Source of the DNA: Octopus sinensis
Lineage: Eukaryota
DNA: 61,561 nt
Reading direction: 5' to 3'
Assembly (NCBI RefSeq): GCF_006345805.1
Contig: NW_021832556.1
Coordinates: 1 to 61,561, forward strand
The notes beneath the pieces were generated by a model. That model was not told where the DNA came from. It saw only the letters and a program-made list of their open reading frames with translations, and did no database searches. The position numbers were made by a program, and so were the translations under genes. Position 1 is the first letter of the stretch; the number at the start of each line of letters is the position of its first letter. Of this stretch, positions 15,001 to 25,559 are shown one piece after another.

Positions 15001-18000
15001 AACGGCACTCCTAGAGGGGAAAACTTATATAAAATAGTAAGGACCTGTAAGATTATAAATATGTATTCCATATTTAACGGCACTCCTAGAGGGGAAAACT
15101 TATATAAAATAGTAAGGACCTGTAAGATTATAAATATGTATTCCATATTTAACGGCACTCCAAGAGGGGAAAACTCATATAAAATAGTAAGGACCTGTAA
15201 GATATTAAATATGTATTCCATATTTAACGGCACTCCTAGAGGGGAAAACTTATATAAATAGTAAGGACCTGTAAGATTATAAATATGTATTCCATATTTA
15301 ACAGCACTCCAAGAGGGGAAAACTTATATAAAATAGTAAGGACCTGTAAGATTATAAATATGTATTCCATATTTAACGGTGCTCCTAGAGGGAAAACTTA
15401 TATAAAATAATAAGGATCTGTAAAATATATATAATATATCCCATATTTAACGGCGCTCCTAAGGGGAAAACTTATATAAAATAGTAAGGACCTGTAAGAT
15501 TATAAATATGTATTCCATATTTAACGGTGCTCCTAGAGGGGAAAACTTATATAAAATAGTAAGGACCTGACCTGTAAGATTATAAATATGTATTCCATAT
15601 TTAACGGTGCTCCTAGAGGGGAAAACTTATATAAAATAGTAAGGACCTGACCTGTAAGATTATAAATATGTATTCCATATTTAACGGCGCTCCTAGAGGG
15701 GAAAACTTATATAAAATAGTAAGGACCTGTAAGATTATAAATATGTATTCCATATTTAACGGCGCTCCTAGAGGGAAAAACTATAATAATAGTAAGGGCC
15801 TGTAAGATTAAAATATATATTCCATATTTAACAGCGCTCCTAGAGGTGAAAACTTATATAAAATAGTAAGGACCTGACCTGTAAGATTATAAATATGTAT
15901 TCCATATTTAACGGCACTCCTAGAGGGGAAAACTTATATGAAATAGTAAGGACCTGTAAGATTATAAATATGTATTCCATATTTAACGGCACTCCTAGAC
16001 GGGAGAACTTATATAAAATAGTAAGGACCTGTAAGATTATAAATATGTATTCCATATTTAACGGTGCTCCTAGAGGGGAAAACTTAATAAAATAGTAAGG
16101 ACCTGTAAGATTATAATATGTATTCCATATTTAACGGCACTCCTAGAGGGGAAAACTTATATAAAATAGTAAGGACCTGTAAGATTATAAATATGTATTC
16201 CATATTTAACGGCGCTCCTAGAGGGGAAAACTTATATAAAATAGTAAGGACCTGTAAGATTATAAATATGTATTCCATATTTAACGGCACTCCTAGAGGG
16301 GAAAACTTATATAAAATAGTAAGGACCTGTAAGATTATAAATATGTATTCCATATTTAACAGCACTCCTAGAGGGGAAAACTTATATAAAATATTAAGGA
16401 CCTGTAAGATTATAAATATGTATTCCATATTTAACGGCACTCCTAGAGGGGAAAACTTATATAAAATAGTAAGGACCTGTAAGATTATAAATATGTATTC
16501 CATATTTAACGGCGCTACTAGAGGGGAAAACTTATATAAAATAGTAAGGACCTGTGAGATTATAAATATGTATTCCATATTCTACGGCACTCCTAGAGGG
16601 GAAAACTTATATAAAATAGTAAGGACCTGTAAGATTATAAATATGTATTCCATATTTAACGGCGCTCCTAGAGGGGAAAACTTATATAAAATAGTAAGGA
16701 CCTGTGAGATTATAACTATGTATTCCATATTTAACGGCACTCCTAGAGGGGAAAACTTATATAAAATAGTAAGGACCTGTGAGATTAGAAATATGTATTC
16801 CATATTTAACGGCGCTCCTAGAGGGGAAAACTTATATGAAATAGTAAGGACCTGTAGGATTATAAATATGTATTCCATATTTAACGGCACTCCTTGAGGG
16901 GAAAACTTATATAAAATAGTAAGGACCTGTAAGATTATAAATATGTATTCCATATTTAACGGAACTCCTAGAGGGGAAAACTTATATAAAATAGTAAGGA
17001 CCTGTAAGATTATAAATATGTATTCCATATTTAACGGTGCTCCTAGAGGGGAAAACTTATATAAAATAGTAAGGACCTGTATGATTATAACTATGTATTC
17101 CATATTTAACGGCACTCCTAGAAGAGAAAACTTATATAAAATAGTAAGGACCTGTAAGATTATAAATATGTATTCCATATTAACGGCGCTCCTAGAGGGG
17201 AAAACTTATACAAAATAGTAAGGACCTGTAAGATTATAAATATGTATTCCATATTTAACGGCGCTCCTAGAGGGGAAAACTTATATAAAATAGTAAGGAC
17301 CTGACCTGTAAGATTATAAATATGTATGCCATATTTAACGGCGCTCCTAGAGGGGAAAACTTATATAAAATAGTAAGGACCTGTAAGATTATAAATATGT
17401 ATTCCATATTTAACGGTGCTCCTAGAGGGGAAAACTTATATAAAATAGTAAGGACCTGACCTGTAAGATTATAAATATGTATTCCATATTTAAGGGTGCT
17501 CCTAGAGGGGAAAACTTATATAAAATAGTAAGGACCTGACCTGTAAGATTATAAATATGTATTCCATATTTAACGGCGCTCCTAGAGGGGAACACTTATA
17601 TAAAATAGTAAGGACCTGTAAGATTATAAATATACATTCCATATTTAACAGCACTCCTAGAGGGGAAAACTTATATAAAATAGTAAGGACCTGACCTGTA
17701 AGATTATAAATATGTATTCCATATTTAACGGTGCTCCTAGAGGGGAAAACTTATATAAAATAGTAAGGACCTGTAAGATTATAAGTACGTATTCCATATT
17801 TAACGGCGCTCCTAGAGGGGAAAACTTATATAAAATAGTAAGGACCTCTAAGATTATAAATATGTATTCCATATTTAACGGCGCTCCTAGAGGGGAAAAC
17901 TTATATAAAATAGTAAGGACCTGTAAGATTATAAATATGTATTCCATATTTAACGGTGCTCCTAGAGGGGAAAACTTATATAAAATAGTAAGGACCTGTA

Positions 18001-20443
18001 AGATTATAAATATGTATTCCATATTTAACGGTGCTCCTAGAGGGGAAAACTTAATAAAATAGTAAGGACCTGTAAGATTATAAATATGTATTCCATATTT
18101 AACGGCACTCTTAGAGGGGAAAACTTATATAAAATAGTAAGGACCTGTAAAATTATAACTATGTATTCCATATTTAACGGCGCTCCTTGAGGGGAAAACT
18201 TATATAAAATAGTAAGGACCTGTAAGATTATAAATATGTATTCCATATTTAACGGAACTCCTAGAGGGGAAAACTTATATAAAATAGTAAGGACCTGTAA
18301 GATTATAAATATGTATTCCATATTTAACGGTGCTCCTAGAGGGGAAAACTTATATAAAATAGTAAGGACCTGTATGATTATAACTATGTATTCCATATTT
18401 AACGGCACTCCTAGAAGAGAAAACTTATATAAAATAGTAAGGACCTGTAAGATTATAAATATGTATTCCATATTTAACGGCGCTCCTAGAGGGGAAAACT
18501 TATACAAAATAGTAAGGACCTGTAAGATTATAAATATGTATTCCATATTTAACGGCGCTCCTAGAGGGGAAAACTTATATAAAATAGTAAGGACCTGACC
18601 TGTAAGATTATAAATATGTATGCCATATTTAACGGCGCTCCTAGAGGGGAAAACTTATATAAAATAGTAAGGACCTGTAAGATTATAAATATGTATTCCA
18701 TATTTAACGGTGCTCCTAGAGGGGAAAACTTATATTAAATAGTAAGGACCTGACCTGTAAGATTATAAATATGTATTCCATATTTAAGGGTGCTCCTAGA
18801 GGGGAAAACTTATATAAAATAGTAAGGACCTGACCTGTAAGATTATAAATATGTATTCCATATTTAATGGCGCTCCTAGAGGGGAAAACTTATATAAAAT
18901 AGTAAGGACCTGTAAGATTATAAATATACATTCCATATTTAACAGCACTCCTAGAGGGGAAAACTTATATAAAATAGTAAGGACCTGACCTGTAAGATTA
19001 TAAATATGTATTCCATATTTAACGGTGCTCCTAGAGGGGAAAACTTATATAAAATAGTAAGGACCTGTAAGATTATAATATGTATTCCATATTTAACGGC
19101 GCTCCTAGAGGGGAAAACTTATATAAAATAGTAAGGACCTCTAAGATTATAAATATGTATTCCATTTAACGGCGCTCCTAGAGGGGAAAACTTATAAAAT
19201 AGTAAGGACCTGTAAGATTATAAATATGTATTCCATATTTAACGGCGCTCCTAGAGGGGAAAACTTATATAAAATAGTAAGGACCTGTAAGATTATAAAT
19301 ATGTATTCCATATTTAACGGTGCTCCTAGAGGGGAAAACTTAATAAAATAGTAAGGACCTGTAAGATTATAAATATGTATTCCATATTTAACGGCACTCC
19401 TAGAGGGGAAAACTTATATAAAATAGTAAGGACCTGTAAGATTATAAATATGTATTCCATATTTAACGGCGCTCCTAGAGGGGAAAACTTATATAAAATA
19501 GTAAGGACCTGTAAGATTATAAATATGTATTCCATATTTAACGGCTCTCCTAGAGGGGAAAACTTATATAAAATAGTAAAGACCTGTAAGGTTATAAATA
19601 TGTATTCCATATTTAACGGCGCTCCTAGAGGGGAAAACTTATATAAAATAGTAAGGACCTGTAAGATTATAAATATGTATTCCATATTTAACGACACTCC
19701 AAGAGGGGAAAACTTATATAAAAAAGTAAGGACCTGTAAGATTATAAATATGTATTCCATATTTAACGGCACTCCTAGAGGGGACAACTTATATAAAATA
19801 GTGAGGAACTTTAAGATTATAAATGTGTATTCCATATTTAACGGCGCTCTTAGAGGGGAAAACTTATATAAAATAGTAAGGACCTGTAAGATTATAAATA
19901 TATATTCCATATTTAACGGCGCTTCTAGAGGGGAAAACTTATATAAAATAGTAAGGACCTGTAAGATTATAAATATGTATTCCATATTTAACGGAACTCC
20001 TAGAGGGGAAAACTTATATAAAATAGTAAGGACCTGTAAGATTATAAATACGTATTCCATATTTAACGGCGCTCCCAGAAGGGAAAACTTATATAAAATA
20101 GTAAGGACCTGTAAGATTATAAATATGTATTCCATATTTAACGGCGCCCCTAGAGGGGAAAACTTATATAAAATAGTAAGGACCTGTAAGATTATAAATA
20201 CCTATTCCATATTTAACGGCGCTCCTAGAGGGGAAAACTTATATAAAATAGTAAGGACCTGTAAGATTATAAATACGTATTCCATATTTAACGGCGCTCC
20301 TAGAGGGGAAAACTTATATAAAATAGTAAGGACCTGTAAGATTATAAATATGTATTCCATATTTAACGGCGCTCCTAGAGGGGAAAACTTATATAAAATA
20401 GTAAGGACCTGTAAGATTATAAATATGTATTCCATATTTAACG
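1..20443. repeat. Tandem satellite, 75-bp monomer (TAAGGACCTGTAAGATTATAAATATGTATTCCATATTTAACGG[CA/CG/TG]CTCCTAGAGGGGAAAACTTATATAAAATAG), ~31% GC, roughly 270 copies, runs off the left edge
   Basis: Monomer recurs at 1, 76, 151... and continues without unique spacers to ...TTAACG at 20443. An 80-bp variant arises from a GACCT duplication. All ORFs here are 25-aa periodic translations of the monomer. Confidence 0.99.
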
Positions 20444-20858
20444 AGACGTGGGGCTGATCGATAGACAATAATAACTAATGAATTATTCATAATATGTAAT
20501 GCGAGGTGAGGCTGAAAATAATAAACAAAGCAACAAACTAGGAGTCAACAAATTGCATGGAAATATGACTGGTGAGAAGAATAGGGGCTGAATTGAGTTA
20601 AAAAGGTTTCTTATCTTGAAATTATTTCATTTTCGAACTGAAAACTGGCAGAAGGAATTCGAAATCAGGAATGAGACCATATATTTGAGGGGCTAGCTTT
20701 TAAAAGGCCTAAAGATGGAAGGAGATAGGAAGACAGATAGTATAGAGGAGGAAGAGGAAGAGGAAGACAGACAATGTAAAAGAGGGGGAGAGGGAGAAAG
20801 GAAGAAAGAAAGAGAGAAGTATGAAGCTCCCCACGAAAAGTTTTATCCAGCTATGCGA
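20444..20858. other. 415-bp non-satellite segment interrupting the terminal monomer; contains a GA-rich purine tract
   Basis: Monomer stops at TTAACG (20443) and resumes at GCGCTCCT (20859). Short imperfect subterminal inverted motif CGTGGGGCT (20447-20455) / AGCTCCCCACG (20825-20835). Confidence 0.7.
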
Positions 20859-20918
20859 GCGCTCCTCCTAGAGGGGAAAACTTATATGAAATAATAAGGA
20901 CCTGTAAGATTATAAATA
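20859..20918 (+). repeat. Orphan partial satellite monomer running into (TA)n
   Basis: GCGCTCCTCCTAGAGGGGAAAACTTATATGAAATAATAAGGACCTGTAAGATTATAAATAT matches the monomer, then (TA)n to ~20938. Confidence 0.95.
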
Positions 20919-21000
20919 TATATATATATATATATATAGACATACAGTAGATAAAATGTCACAATTTTATAATGATACAAAAAGGTTCTTAGATACTTAC

Positions 21001-21066
21001 AGAAATACATGCCACTTCTTGTAAAGATCGCTGAGAAAGGATCAAATCAGACTGGAAGTTGGAGGT
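21001..21066 (-). CDS. VPS13: VPS13A/C-like coding exon (66 nt, phase 0/0): TSNFQSDLILSQRSLQEVACIS
   Basis: Acceptor tctctgttccAG and donor GTAAGT; in frame with exon 28994-29093; occupies the expected position between the LIQEF..LD.GF block and the downstream HLSP motif of VPS13. Confidence 0.8.
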
Positions 21067-21499
21067 CTGGAACAGAGAATATGAGACGAGATATAATTAT
21101 AATACTGATTTTTTAAGGCTTAGATTTAGCAGAGAAGGGAAATTGGTTACTACAACAGATGTTGTCTTTTGAAAGACATTAGCAATACAAGCTATATGTA
21201 TATATATTGTATTTCAGGATAGCCATGTTTTTTATTTTTCCAAATAACCACATGCTTGATATATTTGTTCTTCACTCATTTATTACTTTTCTTATTCTAA
21301 CACATGTCCATTGTATGGAAATCTTTTGTTACACATCTGTAACCTCTTCAGCGACACTATCCATCTTCATGCCTGCTCTTGCCCTTATATATAAAATAAT
21401 ATTTATGCCCACTTAAAAGTGGATGTTCTGTTAGAACGCGGAATACTGTGATAGTTACCACAAGAAAACCTTTCATATGGACATGCAGTGCATATATAT

Positions 21500-24330
21500 A
21501 TATATTATTGCTGCCCCCTCATTATCGAGTATGGCCATTGCACAAAGCTTAACTGTTACTGGTGCTGTGATCGAATGTGACATTTTAGCCCAGCTAAAGA
21601 TCTACAATGTCTTGTACAAAATTGGCAACTAAAACCTTTACCGGTAATAGCTGGCTGTAGTTGTAACTGGGCTTCATGTACCTTTGCATGTCGTTTAAGT
21701 CCTCCTGCCAAATTACACTCTCTTCCACATGCCCGACAGATATGATTAGTATGGTGTGTTACACCACCACCAGTGGCCAGGTTGTCACTCATCTGTCTCA
21801 CTTTATGACTACGAAGATGACTCTTGAGTCTAGCTTTACTGAAGCAGGGTCTTGCACAGGCATTGCATGTCAGCATCAAAAGAAGACCCTTCCCATCCCT
21901 CCTTACTTTCTCATGTGCAACTCGAGATTTCTCAAATGTGGCTGTCCCCTCATGCACAATCCTTCTCCACCTGCTAGATCAATAGCTATGCTTTCCCATG
22001 TGTCAGGAGAGATGCAAGCATCTCTTAAGGAAGCCTTCAGCAAGTCCTTATACCTCTTTTTTGGTTTATGTGGAGGTCGTTCTCCTTTAGCTAACTCTCC
22101 ATAAAAGAGTTGTATTGGCATCCTTGAATCCTTCATCCTGACCAGATGACCACTCCATCTGAGCCTTTGCTTTAACGCAAGAGCTTCTATACTTTCACAC
22201 CGAGAGCCTTCCAATATTTCAAGATCACTGATGCGGTCCTTCCACTTAATGCCATAGATCCGTCTGAGGCACATCTGATGGAAATGTTCCAGTTGTTTAA
22301 GGTGGTATCGATATGTGACCCACGTCTCGCAGGCATAGAGAAGAGAAGGGAGCACACATGCCTTGTACACCTTTATCTTTGTCTTTCTGCATATGTCTCA
22401 CCGACTCCAGAGGCGCTTTTCTAGCCTTCCGAAAGCAACACTTGCTTTCCTAATTCTATATGGAATTTCATCGTCCAAATTGCCATATCTATTAATAGTG
22501 CTTCCCAGGTAGACAAACTGATCGACTACATCAAGTCGTTTACCATTCACATAGATATTTGGTACACTATACTGCTTACCAGGGGCAGGTTGGTACATGA
22601 CAACAGTTTTCATGAGACTGATTGTCAATCCTAAGGCAGTGCAAGCATCAGAGAATGCATTCAAAATGTGTTGCATATCAATCTCTGTGTGTGCTACTAG
22701 CTCACAATCATCTGCATACAAAAGGTCTCTTATGATAGAGGTAAATACGTTTGTTTTTGCAGCAAGGTGCCTGATATCAAATATGCTGCCAGAGGTTCGA
22801 TAATGGACGTAAACACCTTATCTGCAATTTCTGAATGCAATACAGAACACCATCGCAGAATATATGGAAAATAAGGTCGGTGCCAGAATATCCCCCTGTT
22901 TCACTCCATTTTGTATTGAAATGGGCTCCGACATTTTCCCTCTAACATTCACCCTACCATTCATGTCTTCATGAAAAGACCTAACCAAAGCAAGGAACTT
23001 TTCAGGACACCTGAGTTTCTGGAGGACTTTCCACAATGCTTTTCTATTGACGGTATCAAAAGCTTTTGTCAGATCGACAAACACCTGATACAAATCCAGA
23101 CCCTGTTCCACACACTTCTCCTGAAGCTGTCTAGCTGAAAAGATCATATCAGCAGTGCCATGTCCCACACGAAAGCCAGATTGACTTTCTGGAAGAACAC
23201 AATCTGCAATGTATTTCAGCAGACGATCCAGAAGTATCCTGCATAAAACCTTTCCTACAGCAGACAGCAATGATATTCCCCTATAATTACCACAATCATT
23301 CCTGTTGCCCTTTCCCTTATACAGGACCACCATTACTGCATCTCTCCAGTCCTCAGGTAAAGATTCACTAGTCCATACCTTACCAAACAAAGAGTGAAGT
23401 TTCTGCAGAATTTTCTCACCACCATGCTGTAACAACTCCGCATGTATGCCATCCATACCCGGAGACTTCCCATTATTCAACCTTGAGACAGCCATTGCAA
23501 CTTCTTTCAACTTTGGTGGTTCTGCGAGTGCTGCCTTCACAGGTAATCCAGGGATGAGATTAAGAACATCCTCACTAACTACAGACTGCTGATTCAAAAG
23601 TTTATCAAAGTGTTCTTGTCACCTTCGCAGAATTCCTTGTGAATCACGAAGAAGTTCTTTACCATCCCTGCTTCGAAGTGGTGTCATCAGGTCCATAAAC
23701 TTCTCGCAAGAGACCATACAATAGCTTTGGGTTATTGGAATCTGATGCCGCCTGTATCTCATCAGCCTTCTTACTCCACCACGTATCCCTCATCTGAGAG
23801 AGCCTTTGCCTCACACGTGATTTTATGTCCTTGAGTTCCCTATGTAACACTTCCCTTTCCTGTGACTTTGCTGACAAATAGCGTGACAAAGTACGTCTTT
23901 TATCAGTCAATAAACCATCTGTATGTTCATCATTTTCTTTAAAGCAATCTTGATGCTTTCTCTGTATCAATCCCAGAACTTACTTGCCTATATCATAAAC
24001 TGACTTTTTAAGGGTCGGCCAATCCTCCCCAATATCTGCAGCATTCATTTCCTCTCGTAAAGTTCTCTTCACACTATTATACCTAAGACGATCAACATTC
24101 AGTCTTTTAGGCAGGGTAATCCCTGCAGCTCGGATTTTATGTTTTGTGACTAATTTCACTTTTGCGCGTACTAGGCAGTGGTCAGTCCAACACTCAGCTC
24201 CACAAAGAACACGAACACACTGCACATCCTGTCTGTCACGCACCCTAACTAGGATGTAATCCAGAATATGCCATTCTTTAGATGCAGGGTGCATCCATGT
24301 AGTTTTAAACTTATTCTTTTGTTGAAACAT
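21500..24330 (-). mobile_element. RTE-clade LINE, 5'-truncated and decayed (end of APE, RT, three C-terminal C2H2-type fingers)
   Basis: ORF fragments DYILVR..D..CWTDH, FVDLTKAFDTV, GVKQGDILAP, YADD, LLYACETW, LRWSGHLVRM; stops and frameshifts; (TA)n on both sides. Confidence 0.95.
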
Positions 24331-24397
24331 ATATATATATATAAATATATATATATATACAAGTCTGCAAAGATTTTAGAACATTTATAAATAGAAG

Positions 24398-24445
24398 GTC
24401 TTACCGCTGTTTCCAGGATATTTATTATATCCCTTCATTCGAGAC
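24398..24445 (-). ncRNA. Degenerate type-I hammerhead-like motif
   Basis: GTCT-CGAATGA-AGGGATAT(AATAA)ATATCCTG-GAAA-C(AGCG)G-TA-AGAC. Stems I and II, GAAA and UH are present, but the core differs from CUGANGA at U4 and G5. Confidence 0.35.
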
Positions 24446-25125
24446 AGTGTGAGAAAATGGTTAAGCAATAGTTAATTTAGATAAGATATGAAATAGAGAG
24501 TGAAGTGGAGGAATGAAAATAGATGTGAGATATGTAGGGATATTGCATTTGTAGATCCATTATTTAGGCAGAATGATATACATTATTTAATAATTTTTAT
24601 ATATACACACGCTGATATATGACCTAAGCTAGACTCCTTATTCGCATAATCATCGAACCTGGAACCTATGATCTATCCATAGCACTTACTAAGCATTACC
24701 TGATACCTTTGGATCTTACCTGACACCATTACCTCTCATAACCTAGGTATATATATATATATATATATATGTATACACATACACACACACACACATAAGT
24801 ATATAGTTCAGATATTGGAATTTCAATCAATAGATTTGTGGGTATTCCATTTCAGAAAACGCAAAAAGAACATAACAAGTATTTATGATGGAAAACTCGT
24901 AGCGTTTATATGCACATCACGAAATAATACTTGAGGATAAAACCAGTACAGTAGCAAGGTATAAAATATACTACCTTAATTAGCCCTTATATATATATAT
25001 ATATTACGTCATATTTTGACATTTATAGGCATTTTTATGGACCGCATCCAATATTCATGGCTTTTTACTATTTGCGAGTGGTCTAGGATTGTAACCCCTG
25101 TGAATACCAGGGGACTACTCTGTCT

Positions 25126-25130
<5 letters not shown>

Positions 25131-25190
<60 letters not shown>
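25131..25190. repeat. Compound (CT)n(TA)n microsatellite
   Basis: Directly visible. Confidence 0.95.
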
Positions 25191-25193
<3 letters not shown>

Positions 25194-25243
25194 GTAAGCA
25201 TTATTAAATCTCAGAACGAGATGTAAACAGTAATCGCTCGACA

Positions 25244-25543
25244 ATGTAAAGTATAACAGCCATCTCAATATGGCTAACCACAAGGGGGGGGGTGTTACTG
25301 TAGCTTTTTAACTCCCGTGATCTAGTGTTTACCGCCCGTTGATAAGAGACAATAATCTCGAAACGGGTCCGGTGTGTATCACTCAGGCTTACGAGAAAGG
25401 GATGGCCTCCCTTTGCAAATACATTAAGGGCACAGAAAGTGTGTCTAAAGCTAGCTGGAGACGATGATCTCCTGGGGCTAAAAAGCTACAGTAACACCCC
25501 CCTTTGTGGTTAGCCATATTGAGATGGCTGTTATACTTTACAT
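25244..25543. mobile_element. ~300-bp MITE-like element with ~65-bp terminal inverted repeats
   Basis: ATGTAAAGTATAACAGCCATCTCAATATGGCTAACCACAA(G)nTGTTACTGTAGCTTTTTA at 25244-25310 is mirrored at 25479-25543; right end abuts (TA)n. Confidence 0.85.
25336..25372 (+). ncRNA. Minimal type-I hammerhead ribozyme candidate with U3-A8 core
   Basis: CCG-TTGATAA-GAGA(CAATAA)TCTC-GAAA-C(GG)G-TC-CGG: stem I 3 bp, G10.1-C11.1 stem II, GAAA, minimal stem III, GUC cleavage triplet. Confidence 0.6.
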
Positions 25544-25559
25544 ATATATATGTAGTTGG

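Noticed and set aside
1-20443. CRISPR array
   Set aside because: No unique spacers, no cas genes, eukaryotic context.
24-20468. Long periodic ORFs (MYSIFNGTPRGENLYKIVRTCKIIN on +, MEYIFIILQVLTILYKFSPLGVPLN on -) as a repeat protein
   Set aside because: 75 is a multiple of 3, so any stop-free frame repeats indefinitely; one or two open frames of six is expected by chance. The common 5-bp GACCT duplication breaks frame and substitutions are not biased to synonymous sites.
20444-20858. Canonical Helitron
   Set aside because: The minus strand starts with TC, but there is no CTRR end, no clear 3' hairpin and no A/T target.
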